From Bacilli bacterium (GTDB lineage: Bacteria > Bacillota_I > Bacilli_A > ML615J-28 > CAG-698): a stretch of DNA of 64,000 bases. Shown here piece by piece: positions 21,152 to 30,254 of the stretch. The position numbers were made by a program, and so were the translations under genes. The stretch's first letter is position 1, and each line of letters opens with the position of its first letter. Location: assembly GCA_050174575.1 (NCBI GenBank), contig JBFXJT010000007.1, positions 6,648 through 70,647 on the forward strand, written 5' to 3'. Under the pieces are notes generated by a model. It saw only the letters and a program-made list of their open reading frames with translations. It was not told the origin of the DNA and did not search any database.

Positions 21152-21798
21152 TATTCCACCTCCATAACGATGTAATCAACTAACGGAAAAGGTGTAATGA
21201 CTGCTTCAGGATCTATTTCTTCAAGTTTTTGCTGGCATACAGCAATCACTAATGATGCAGCTGTAGCCATGATTGGATTAAAATTACGCATTGTTTTGCG
21301 ATATGCAAGATTTCCATATCGATCGCAAATCGCTCCACCAATTAAAGCTAAGTCAGCAAATAACGGTTCTTCTAGCAAATAATCAATCCCTTGAACCTGG
21401 ATTACTCTTTTCCCTTCTTGAACAATTGTTTTTAGTCCAGTTGGGGTCAAAACACCACCTAGTCCCGCACCTGCAGCACGGATTTGTTCGACCAATGTCC
21501 CTTGAGGAACTAAAACAACTTCTAGTTTACCTTCTTGCATCAACTTCCCGACAGTTGGATTTGTTCCAATATGGGATGCAATCAATTTTTTAACCCGATT
21601 AGCAACAATCAATTTTCCAACTCCTCGGTCTTCAAATCCTCCGTCATTACAAATGATTGTAAAATCGGTAAAACTTGTTTCTAAAATTAAATCAATTAAG
21701 TAATCAGGACTTCCGTTTGCTAAAAAACCACCAACCATAATCGTCATGCCGGATTTAAGGTGACTTTTAAAATTTTCCTTACAAATAAAACCTCGCAT
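21151..21798 (-). CDS. atoD: 3-oxoacid CoA-transferase subunit A.
   Basis: 215 aa. The [18 protein letters not shown] glycine-rich motif belongs to the alpha subunit. Confidence 0.85.
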   Translation of the reverse strand: MRGFICKENFKSHLKSGMTIMVGGFLANGSPDYLIDLILETSFTDFTIICNDGGFEDRGVGKLIVANRVKKLIASHIGTNPTVGKLMQEGKLEVVLVPQGTLVEQIRAAGAGLGGVLTPTGLKTIVQEGKRVIQVQGIDYLLEEPLFADLALIGGAICDRYGNLAYRKTMRNFNPIMATAASLVIAVCQQKLEEIDPEAVITPFPLVDYIVMEVE

Positions 21799-21807
21799 AT
21801 TTCCTCC

Positions 21808-22230
21808 TTACTTAGGGGGCATAATAGTCGCTTCACCGACTATCACCACTTCGTTTTTGTCGTTTTTTGCAACGCAATCAAAAACAACACGATTTTTTTC
21901 CATAATGATTTCTTTTACAGTCACAAAAGCCGTTATTGTATCATTCAAATAAACTGGCTTAATAAACTTTAAACTTTGGAAAGTATAGATACTTCCTAAA
22001 CCAGGTAATTCAGTACCTAAGATGGCACTAAAAAGAGAGCCAACAAGCATACCATGAACTATCCTCGTTTTAAAAATCGTTGTTTTTGCATAATCTTCAT
22101 TTACATGAGCGGGGTTAAAGTCACCAGAAACTGAGGCAAAATTGTTAACATCAGTTTCTGTAAAACTCTTTGTTATTGAACTTGTTTGTCCAATAAACAA
22201 TTCGTTAATTGTCAATTTTTTCAAGAAATA
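21808..22230 (-). CDS. MaoC-like (R)-specific enoyl-CoA hydratase/dehydratase (hotdog), first gene of the operon.
   Basis: The FNPAHVNEDYAKTTIFKTRIVHGML MaoC motif is present. The likely start is the TTG at approx 22230, preceded by AAAGGAG. The track ORF extends further upstream over the terminator and is probably over-called. Confidence 0.65.
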   Translation of the reverse strand, partial: YFLKKLTINELFIGQTSSITKSFTETDVNNFASVSGDFNPAHVNEDYAKTTIFKTRIVHGMLVGSLFSAILGTELPGLGSIYTFQSLKFIKPVYLNDTITAFVTVKEIIMEKNRVVFDCVAKNDKNEVVIVGEATIMPPK

Positions 22231-22232
22231 AC

Positions 22233-22265
22233 TCCTTTCATAAAAAAAGCTGTTGTCTTTTAAAG
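22233..22265 (-). terminator. Leader terminator/attenuator immediately upstream of the lysine-fermentation operon.
   Basis: Perfect 10-bp stem GCTGTTGTCT / AGACAACAGC with a 5-nt loop, followed on the minus strand by TTTTTTT. Confidence 0.7.
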
Positions 22266-22421
22266 ACAACAGCGCTCCATTTCCCAAATGGCAGTGGATA
22301 AGGCATTCCTTGTCCACCAAGACTTTAATGAATGAACTCATTAAATCTTTCGGCGATATTTCCCTTTATTTGTCACATTGGGAGTTCATTCCCTTAGCAT
22401 TGACAAATTACCCTAAATAAC
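22266..22421 (-). ncRNA. Lysine-riboswitch (L-box)-like 5' leader.
   Basis: Minus-strand leader begins AGAGGTGCG, contains GGGAAATATCGCCGAAAG, and forms several hairpins (GGGAA..TCCC, TTAATGA..TCATTAA, GTGGAcAAGG..CCTTaTCCAC, CCATTTgggaAAATGG) before GGAGCGC, resembling the five-stem L-box of B. subtilis lysC. Confidence 0.5.
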
Positions 22422-22438
22422 GCACCTCTGTGTATTAA

Positions 22439-22467
22439 CTAATACTATTATACCGAAACAAAAATGG
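22439..22467 (-). promoter_or_regulatory. Sigma-A-type promoter of the lysine-fermentation operon.
   Basis: Consensus TTGACA (22462-22467) and TATAAT (22439-22444) with a 17-nt spacer on the minus strand. Confidence 0.7.
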
Positions 22468-22483
22468 CTTGTCAAGAGCCACA

Positions 22484-22510
22484 AAGTTAAACAAAAAAAC
22501 ACTCCAATTG
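22484..22510 (-). terminator. Intrinsic terminator after the PAS-GGDEF-hemerythrin gene.
   Basis: Palindrome CACTCCAATTGGAGTG followed by TTTTTTTG on the minus strand. Confidence 0.6.
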
Positions 22511-22516
22511 GAGTGC

Positions 22517-24157
22517 TTAATCGTTTTGTTTGGTAAGATAGAAATATTTAGTATCCGCTTCAGCCATATGACCAACAATAAAATTATCTACTAAAAACGA
22601 TGCTAAAACGATACTTTTTATTTCACCATTTTGATATTTCTTTTTCATATCATTTGCTTTTAAAATAATGTCGCGATGCAGAGCACAATGTTCATCATAA
22701 TTAGGATAATCTAAATTATACATTACTTTTTCTTCAAAATAAAAATGTTGAGAAATGTGTTTGATGATTTTTTCAATTTGATTGATAATTTTTTCATAGG
22801 GAACATTTGTTTGAAACATAAAAATTAAGTTGTTTCCCAATTCAATAATCTCTCGATGTTGATTATCTATATCAACATTGCCACTACTCCATTCATTATG
22901 CCATTCAAAATACGGTGAAGTTGATAAAGATTCCATGGAGAGGCTCTCTGAAGAGCTTGCCACACGGTTACGTCCCTGTTCTTTTGCACAGTACATTGCA
23001 TCATCCGTACGTTTATACCAACTTCTTAATGACTCGTTAGGAATCATTTGGGCAACACCAAAACTTGCCGTTAATTTGGAAATAATGGGAAACCTGAAAC
23101 CTGCAACAGCAATTCGAATTTTATCAGCAACTTTTACAGCATCTTCCACTTTTGTATCTGGCAATACGATAACAAATTCTTCGCCTCCAAGACGAGACAA
23201 ATAGTCTGTTTTTCTAATTGATGATTTTAACAGTTGGGAAAAACTTACTAAAATATCATCACCAACAGGATGGCCCCAAGTATCATTTACAAATTTAAAA
23301 TGATCAATATCAGCAATAATCATTGATAAAGGCAAAGCTGTATTGTTGGCTTTTTCCATTGTTTCATTAGTAATTTTATGAAAGAAGTGACGATTGTAAA
23401 GTCCGGTAAGGTTATCAATTGTCATTTCAAATTCAAGACGGTTAGCTAATTCTACTGTTTTAGTGATATCGCGTGCAGACGCATAAATAAATCTTCCAAA
23501 TTGTTTTGCCCGCCACTCTAAAAAATGATATTGTCCATTTTTATCTTTATAACGATTAACAAAATTATTAATTTCTTCACCCTTAAGTAAATTTTTCATC
23601 ACTTCTCTTGTAGAAGAAATATCTTCCTCATGCATAAATTCAAAAAAAGTACGGGTTGTTAAATCAGCAAAGTTGGCTCCAACTAGGTTTTCAAAATAAT
23701 CATTTGTTTTAATAAAATGACCATCCATATCTGAGACCACTAAAAGGTCAAGGTTAACATCGATTAATCCTTTTAATAATTCCTCTTCTTTCATGGTTTT
23801 AGTGATATCTTCATAAAAGCAACCAAAGTGATGACAATCAATGGGAAAGATGGTTGCTTTAACCCATGAATGATTAATAGGTAAAAAGCAATTGCATGTT
23901 TTAACCTCTTTTTGATTTACTGCTTTCCTAAAGTTTTGATACCATTCATTGTTAAAATGATTATTAACATTTGCTGTTGATAAATAACTTTTTCCTATTA
24001 ATGCTTCTTTTGGAAGTGGAATAAACCGTTCAAACGCTTCGTTTACTCCGGAAAAATAGTAGTCAACAGGTTCTTGTTTTTCGTTAAAGATAATTTCATG
24101 AAAAGAACAAGGAATAGGAGATTCTTTAAAAAAGTCTAAAAAATTACAGTTATTCAT
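22517..24157 (-). CDS. Diguanylate cyclase with N-terminal PAS domain(s), a GGDEF domain (GGEEF) and a C-terminal bacteriohemerythrin domain.
   Basis: 546 aa. RLGGEEFVIVLPD is the active site. The C-terminus carries FEWHNEWSSGNVDIDNQHREI, HFYFEEKVM...YPNYDEHCALHRDII and LVDNFIVGHMAEADTKYF, matching the hemerythrin His/Glu/Asp iron ligands. Confidence 0.8.
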   Translation of the reverse strand: MNNCNFLDFFKESPIPCSFHEIIFNEKQEPVDYYFSGVNEAFERFIPLPKEALIGKSYLSTANVNNHFNNEWYQNFRKAVNQKEVKTCNCFLPINHSWVKATIFPIDCHHFGCFYEDITKTMKEEELLKGLIDVNLDLLVVSDMDGHFIKTNDYFENLVGANFADLTTRTFFEFMHEEDISSTREVMKNLLKGEEINNFVNRYKDKNGQYHFLEWRAKQFGRFIYASARDITKTVELANRLEFEMTIDNLTGLYNRHFFHKITNETMEKANNTALPLSMIIADIDHFKFVNDTWGHPVGDDILVSFSQLLKSSIRKTDYLSRLGGEEFVIVLPDTKVEDAVKVADKIRIAVAGFRFPIISKLTASFGVAQMIPNESLRSWYKRTDDAMYCAKEQGRNRVASSSESLSMESLSTSPYFEWHNEWSSGNVDIDNQHREIIELGNNLIFMFQTNVPYEKIINQIEKIIKHISQHFYFEEKVMYNLDYPNYDEHCALHRDIILKANDMKKKYQNGEIKSIVLASFLVDNFIVGHMAEADTKYFYLTKQND

Positions 24158-24168
24158 ACTTTGCCCCT

Positions 24169-25011
24169 CTATTTACTTAGTATTTGTTTGACATAATTAG
24201 GCAATACCAAGGAAGCTTGGTGAATAGAAAAATTATAATACTTTAAATTTAATGAGTCAATAAAGGATTGACTTCCCTTAATAATCTGAGGATTTTCTGT
24301 ATTAGAAGCAAATCCAAACAACCAATGGCCGCTTGGATAAGTGGGGATGAATGCTTGGTATACTGTTGCTGTGTGAAAAATCTCTCTAAGTTTTTCATGT
24401 GCTCGTAACATTTCTTGGCGCGTTTTTTCAAAGTAGGGACTTTCGTGCTGATTAACAAGAATTCCATTCGGCTTTAAAATGTTAGCACAATTTTTGTAAA
24501 ATTCACGGCTGAACAATCCTTCGCCTGGTCCTATGGGATCAGTCGAATCGATTACAATTAAATCATAAGTCTCGTGTGTTTGCTTAACAAATGCACTTCC
24601 ATCTGTAAATATTAATTTTACTCGAGGATCCGTTAATTTTGCTGCTGTTTGTGGCAGCAGCTCTTGGCATTTACGAACAACTATTTCATCAATTTCCACC
24701 ATAGTAATGGACTTGATAGTTGGGTATTTGCATAATTCTCGGACTGAACCACCATCACCACCACCAATCACCAATACATTGGAAATGGATGGGTTAACTG
24801 ACAAAGGAAAATGAATCATCATTTCATGATAAATAAATTCGTCTTTTTCGTTGGCCATCATGATGTCATCAAGAGTAAAAAAACGCCCCAATTCATAAGA
24901 ATCATAAAAATCTATTTTTTGGAAGGGGGTCTTTTGAGAAAATAAATGCTCTTTTATTTTTATCGAAAACTGAATATTATCCGTCCAGTATTCACTAAAC
25001 CATTTATCCAT
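24169..25011 (-). CDS. speE: Spermidine synthase (polyamine aminopropyltransferase).
   Basis: 280 aa with VLVIGGGDGGSVRE, VEIDEIVV and IDSTDP motifs. Confidence 0.9.
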   Translation of the reverse strand: MDKWFSEYWTDNIQFSIKIKEHLFSQKTPFQKIDFYDSYELGRFFTLDDIMMANEKDEFIYHEMMIHFPLSVNPSISNVLVIGGGDGGSVRELCKYPTIKSITMVEIDEIVVRKCQELLPQTAAKLTDPRVKLIFTDGSAFVKQTHETYDLIVIDSTDPIGPGEGLFSREFYKNCANILKPNGILVNQHESPYFEKTRQEMLRAHEKLREIFHTATVYQAFIPTYPSGHWLFGFASNTENPQIIKGSQSFIDSLNLKYYNFSIHQASLVLPNYVKQILSK

Positions 25012-25814
25012 TATTTCTCCAACTTCATTCGCGGAATATTCATTCCATAAAATATTTCTGCCATTTCAGCGTTAATTTCTTGTCTGATTTTCGCAACTTC
25101 TTCTTCTGTCAAATCCGTACTTTTGATATTGAATAAATAATTATCTAATATAAGGGTATTTAGCATCATTTTTGTGTGAAAAATATTGGTATAAGCCAAA
25201 TTCACATCGTAAGTTGTATACTTTGATAAAACCTCATCGGGGATAAAGTCTTGAATAGAATCAATGTCATGATCAAGGAAATGCTTTTCACCGTTTAAAT
25301 CTCTAGTAAACCCACGAATGCGATAATCAATTGTAATTATATCCGAGTCAAATTGATTAATTAAGTAATTTAATGTTTTTAATGGAGAAATTTCTCCACA
25401 TGTGGAAACATCAATATCAACTCGAAAAGTACTGATGGGACTGCCGGGATAACTTTCAGGATATGTATGAACAGTCAAATGACTTTTATCTAAATGGCCA
25501 ACAACGGATTCTTTTGCGGGAATTTCGACTTGTTCGTTTTTCCCATGATACTCGGAAATTAAAACAGTAACGCTTGCCCCTTGGGGTTCATAATCTTGGG
25601 TCGCTACGTTTAAAATCTTCGCATCAATCATTTTAGTAACTTCGGTTAAAATCTTTTTTAAGCGGGTACTATTGTACTGCTCATTGATATATTCAATATA
25701 AGCTTTTCTTTCAAGGTCATCTCTAGTATAGCAAATATCATATATATTAAAACTCAATGTTTTTGTAAGATTGTTAAAACCATAAAGTTTTATTGGATGA
25801 CGTTTTCTTACCAT
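25011..25814 (-). CDS. speD: S-adenosylmethionine decarboxylase proenzyme (E. coli-type class 1b).
   Basis: 267 aa, near-colinear with E. coli SpeD: LYGFNNLTKTLSFNIYDICY, QDYEPQGASVTVLISE, HLDKSHLTVHTYPE. Confidence 0.9.
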   Translation of the reverse strand: MVRKRHPIKLYGFNNLTKTLSFNIYDICYTRDDLERKAYIEYINEQYNSTRLKKILTEVTKMIDAKILNVATQDYEPQGASVTVLISEYHGKNEQVEIPAKESVVGHLDKSHLTVHTYPESYPGSPISTFRVDIDVSTCGEISPLKTLNYLINQFDSDIITIDYRIRGFTRDLNGEKHFLDHDIDSIQDFIPDEVLSKYTTYDVNLAYTNIFHTKMMLNTLILDNYLFNIKSTDLTEEEVAKIRQEINAEMAEIFYGMNIPRMKLEK

Positions 25815-26072
25815 TTTTGGGCCTCCTAAAAAAGAAAAGTAATTTTCTACAATTTACTTATCATATTATAATATAGTTGTCTCCTTTTTTCAACATTAAT
25901 AATCAGGAATCTATTTATTAATTTTTATGATCAAAATTTAATTTCTCAAATCATTTATAAAAGAACGTTTTTTCTTTCTTTAATTTTATATGTTTTTTTG
26001 CTATAATAAATTAAGAAAAACTGGCAAAAGCTATTTTAAAATTGTTATATAAATATAGAAAGGAGAAGAAAC

Positions 26073-28757
26073 ATGAGGCAATCAATAAAACTTATTTTTA
26101 TCCTTAATTTGTTTTTTATCCTTGCTTTGGGAGCAATCTATCCAAACCCTTCTTCGAAAAATTACGAAATCAATTCATCTAATAATCTCCACCTTTTAAT
26201 GGAAATTGATGAAAATGAGGCAAATGAAATTGCAAAAACATATAATCTAGATTTTCTTGATTATTCAAATTATGGTTATGCTACTTTCGTTGCCCAAGAT
26301 GATGAACAATATAAATCATTACTAAATGATACCGATCTATCCTTTATTCCTAATAACCTGTCTATTACTGATGCTAGACCACCAATAAATCAGGAAGACT
26401 TAACAAAATTATATGCTTTATCCTTAATTGATACCTATGATGCTTGGCAATTGACAATGGGAAGCAGTAGTGTTTTAGTGGCTATCATCGATACTGGAAT
26501 AGATATTTATCATAGTGAATTTACAGGGAAGATTTCTTCACTATCTTACAATTCGAAAACAAAGACAGTCGGTTTAACACAAGTCATTGATGATCAAGGT
26601 CATGGAACAATGGTAGCTGGTGTAATCGCCGCAACAAAAGGCAATAACATTGGGATTGCTGGTGTTGCACCTTCCTCTTCATTATTGGTTATCAAAGCAA
26701 ATGAGCCAAACGAAGGATCTTTTCTTGATAGTTCCGTCATTGAAGGTATTTATTATGCTGCTGACCATGGTGCTGATGTCATTAACATGAGTTTAGGAAG
26801 TCCTTATGCCAACCCATTAACAAAGACAGCATTAGAATATGCACGAAGTAAAGGCGCACTCATTGTTGCTGCTGCTGGTAATGATAGTGTTAGTACCCCT
26901 TACTATCCTGCAAGTTTTGACACAACAATTTCTGTATCTGCTGTTGATCAAACACAATTATTAGCCACGTATTCAAATTTCGGTTCAAATATTAGTGTTG
27001 CCGCTCCTGGAACAAACATTTATACAACAGTTAAAGGAAATACCTACGGCTATGGGTCCGGTACTTCTTTGGCTGCCCCACAAGTATCGGGTGTTTTAGC
27101 TTTAATGCTTGCATATTTAAATATGTCCGATGAGGAAATTTTGTCAAGAATTTTACTAACAGCAACTGATTTGGGAAATTTAGGCAAAGATGATTCATAT
27201 GGTTATGGACTTGTTAATAGTTATGATGCCTTAGTTCATCCTTTAGTTACCGTTTCGTTTGAAACTTTCGGTGGAACAGTTCTAGAGCCAATTCAAGTAG
27301 CGGCTAATCGTCCATTTATATGCACTCAAATTCCTGAAAAAGAATTATCCATTTTCGAAGGATGGTACAAGGATAGTTTATTGATGACACCTTGGGTTAT
27401 GGGAACAAGTGTAACCAGCACAAATATTACTTTGTATGCGAAATATACTAAAAGTTCATATTTAGTGTCTTTTGTAACATCTGGTTCTTATGTAGAAGAT
27501 ATGATTGTCGCAGCAAATGGTTCTTTTACCCTTCCAACTACATCCCTTGATCAATATCAATTTATTGGATGGTTTTTAGACAGTCAATATTTAGAACCAT
27601 ATGTTTCTGGACCAGTTACCGCAGATTTGACGCTGTATGCAAAATTTGAAAAACTTGATACTTATTATAATATTTTCTTTGTAACACAGGGATCGGCGAT
27701 TGATCCGATTCAAGTAAAAGAAGGCGAATCTGTTTCACCACCACCTTCCTTGTTAACTGGTTATACTTTTCATGGATGGTATTTAGACAGTAATTATTCC
27801 ATTCCCTATCAAAATGAACCTGTTACTTCATCGATGACACTGTATGCTTTGTTTGATATCAATGATTATGATATTTCCTATTTTATTGATAACGAACTTT
27901 ATGATACCATCACTTTGCCGTATAATAGTGAAATTCCTAATCTTGAACCTGCCAAAGAAGGATATACTTTTAGTGGTTGGTATTTAGATGATAGTTTCAC
28001 AACCCCACTTGATGATGGTGGTTTAGAAAACAATCTGTCCTTATTTGGTTTTTTCACAATCCAAACATTTGAAGTAATTTACTTAGTAGATGATACAATC
28101 ATCAGTCAACAAACCGTCAATTATGGGGAAAATGCTACTCCGCCTTCATCTTATACAAAACCAGATTCAATAAGCTTTTTCTATGAATTTATCGGTTGGA
28201 GTGAAGAAGCATTAAACGTTACCTCTAATTTAACAATAATAGCAATATTTAATAAAACATTCAAACCAACAAGCATTGCTTTACAACCGGGAATTGATAC
28301 AATCTATCAAAATGAAGAATGGATTGATGCCGGGTTAATCATTTCTAATTCAAATATTACTTATACAACTCAAAGTCAAGTCGATACTCATTTTATTGGT
28401 CGTTACCTTGTTTTATACTTTATATATGAAGAAGCAAATTTGGTGTACGAAAAAACAAGAGTGGTATCTGTTATAGAAAAACCACCTGTTGTCCAAATAA
28501 CTCTTAATGATGATGTAACAACAATTTTTGAAGGAAATGAATACCTAGATGCCGGAGCAAATACAAATGTTGGAACAATTACAACAAAAGGAACCGTAGA
28601 TTACAATCAGGAAGGCACTTATGTAATTGTTTATGAAGTTGTTGTCCAAAATATTACCTATCAAAAACATAAATATGTCTATGTTGTGAAAGAAGTTGAA
28701 CCAACTTCAACCGTAGCTTTTATTGTAAACGATAAAAAAAGGTGGTATGAAGTATGA
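26073..28757 (+). CDS. Secreted S8 subtilisin-family serine protease with Listeria-Bacteroides (Flg_new) repeats and C-terminal Ig-like (DUF5011-type) domains.
   Basis: Signal peptide present. Catalytic triad in D/H/S order: AIIDTGID, HGTMVAG, GTSLAAPQVSG. Repeated ...F.GWY.D....P... units. C-terminal G.D.I..G..W.DAG modules. Confidence 0.85.
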   Translation: MRQSIKLIFILNLFFILALGAIYPNPSSKNYEINSSNNLHLLMEIDENEANEIAKTYNLDFLDYSNYGYATFVAQDDEQYKSLLNDTDLSFIPNNLSITDARPPINQEDLTKLYALSLIDTYDAWQLTMGSSSVLVAIIDTGIDIYHSEFTGKISSLSYNSKTKTVGLTQVIDDQGHGTMVAGVIAATKGNNIGIAGVAPSSSLLVIKANEPNEGSFLDSSVIEGIYYAADHGADVINMSLGSPYANPLTKTALEYARSKGALIVAAAGNDSVSTPYYPASFDTTISVSAVDQTQLLATYSNFGSNISVAAPGTNIYTTVKGNTYGYGSGTSLAAPQVSGVLALMLAYLNMSDEEILSRILLTATDLGNLGKDDSYGYGLVNSYDALVHPLVTVSFETFGGTVLEPIQVAANRPFICTQIPEKELSIFEGWYKDSLLMTPWVMGTSVTSTNITLYAKYTKSSYLVSFVTSGSYVEDMIVAANGSFTLPTTSLDQYQFIGWFLDSQYLEPYVSGPVTADLTLYAKFEKLDTYYNIFFVTQGSAIDPIQVKEGESVSPPPSLLTGYTFHGWYLDSNYSIPYQNEPVTSSMTLYALFDINDYDISYFIDNELYDTITLPYNSEIPNLEPAKEGYTFSGWYLDDSFTTPLDDGGLENNLSLFGFFTIQTFEVIYLVDDTIISQQTVNYGENATPPSSYTKPDSISFFYEFIGWSEEALNVTSNLTIIAIFNKTFKPTSIALQPGIDTIYQNEEWIDAGLIISNSNITYTTQSQVDTHFIGRYLVLYFIYEEANLVYEKTRVVSVIEKPPVVQITLNDDVTTIFEGNEYLDAGANTNVGTITTKGTVDYNQEGTYVIVYEVVVQNITYQKHKYVYVVKEVEPTSTVAFIVNDKKRWYEV

Positions 28758-29284
28758 AAAAAATAATATTATTCCTCCTTTTTGTTAGTTTACTTGCTAT
28801 CGTTGGTTGTACAATTGGTGAAAACACAACTGTTAAAATGTCTTTAAAGTCTGGTATCGATACAGTTGAAATTAATAGCGAATATGTTGATCCAGGTGTC
28901 AAAGCAACTTTTGGTTTATTGAGCCTTGATGTCAAGGTCGTTTCTTCAACCGTCAACACCCAAATGCTCGGGGCTTATGAAATTGTTTATGAAGCTAGTT
29001 ATAACGGTATTTTTAAAACAATTACACGAATAGTGACTGTAATTGATGATACTGCCCCTATTATTTACTTAAATCCTGGTGTTGACACTATTTTAATCGG
29101 TGAAAATTGGGTTGACGCTGGTGTTACGATAACCGACAATAGCAATGTTGTGATTGACCCCATCATAACTGGAGAAATTAACAATCAAGTTGTTGGTGAT
29201 TATGAAATTGTTTATCAAGCAAAAGACTCAAGCAACAATATTAATCAAATTATCCGTATAGTTCATGTTATTGATAACGAATAA
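28754..29284 (+). CDS. Lipoprotein with two Ig-like DUF5011-type domains.
   Basis: Lipobox LLAIVGC. Two repeats of SGIDTVEIN..YVDPGV / PGVDTILIGENWVDAGV. Overlaps the protease stop (ATGA). Confidence 0.6.
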   Translation: MKKIILFLLFVSLLAIVGCTIGENTTVKMSLKSGIDTVEINSEYVDPGVKATFGLLSLDVKVVSSTVNTQMLGAYEIVYEASYNGIFKTITRIVTVIDDTAPIIYLNPGVDTILIGENWVDAGVTITDNSNVVIDPIITGEINNQVVGDYEIVYQAKDSSNNINQIIRIVHVIDNE

Positions 29285-29289
29285 AAAAA

Positions 29290-29306
29290 GGTCCGATTTT
29301 CGGACC
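29290..29306. terminator. Bidirectional intrinsic terminator between convergent genes.
   Basis: GGTCCG-ATTTT-CGGACC hairpin flanked by A-run and T-run. Confidence 0.6.
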
Positions 29307-29309
29307 TTC

Positions 29310-30254
29310 TCACATTAAATTATTTATTTCATCTAAGGTAGGAAGGGCATCAATTGCCCCTTTTTTTGTTGTCACTAACGCGCCTGAAATATTACCAAAC
29401 CGTAAAATTTGTACAATTTGCTCATCAGTTAAATCATCAATATCTAATTTGTCTAAATTGACTAAAACACCAGCATAGAAAGCGTCTCCTGCACCCGTTG
29501 TATCAATTGGTTTTACAATAATTGATGGTACTTTGAGCAAGCGCCCATGGTGAAAAAAAACAGAGCCATCTTTTCCCAAAGTCAAAAAGACTATTTGGTT
29601 TTTTGTTGTGAGTTTCATCAATCCTTTTTCTAAATCTGTTTCACCAGTAAATAAAATTAATTCGTCTTGAGATATTTTTAAATAATCTGCCTTTTTTGCG
29701 TAATATGTATAAATGTTAATTGCTGTTTGCGCATCAACGAATAAATCATCGCGATAGTTAACATCAAAACTTAATGATTTATGGCTTTTTTTCACAAGTT
29801 TAATAATGTGATTTGCAAGTTCTCTTCCTTTTGGTTCGCTTAACAGTAATGAACCAAGATGAACAATATCAGCTTGTTTGATGGCTTCTAAGCTGGTTTT
29901 GGGGATATGAAAATCCGCTTGGTTTTTGTGATAAAAACTAAAGTGGCGTTCGCCATCATCGTCATTCGCAACAAATGCTAAAGTAGTATTGTGAAATGGA
30001 TCTTCCGTAATTAATGTTTTAGAAAAAGGAATTTTAGATGCAAAATCAATTAAAAATTGACCCATCAAATCAACTCCGACATTTCCAACGAACTGAACAT
30101 TTCCTCCATACTTAGCAATGCCACAAGCAACATTAAAAGGAGCTCCACCCGCAAATGTTTGATAAGACATCGTGTTATTAACTTTTTGACCTATTAAATC
30201 AACAAGGATTTCGCCAATACAGACTATCATTTGTTTCTCCTTAAGTTGTTTCAC
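29310..30254 (-). CDS. PfkB-family sugar kinase, probable fructokinase.
   Basis: 314 aa with the C-terminal DTTGAGDAFYAGVL anion-hole motif. Last gene of the fructan locus. Confidence 0.75.
   Translation of the reverse strand: MKQLKEKQMIVCIGEILVDLIGQKVNNTMSYQTFAGGAPFNVACGIAKYGGNVQFVGNVGVDLMGQFLIDFASKIPFSKTLITEDPFHNTTLAFVANDDDGERHFSFYHKNQADFHIPKTSLEAIKQADIVHLGSLLLSEPKGRELANHIIKLVKKSHKSLSFDVNYRDDLFVDAQTAINIYTYYAKKADYLKISQDELILFTGETDLEKGLMKLTTKNQIVFLTLGKDGSVFFHHGRLLKVPSIIVKPIDTTGAGDAFYAGVLVNLDKLDIDDLTDEQIVQILRFGNISGALVTTKKGAIDALPTLDEINNLM

Noticed and set aside
22266-22421. Explicit P1 / antiterminator pairing of the riboswitch-like leader
   Set aside because: I could not establish an unambiguous P1 helix between AGAGGTGCG and the region before the terminator by eye. 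The riboswitch call therefore rests on primary-sequence hallmarks and hairpin architecture only, and the ON-switch mechanism remains a hypothesis.
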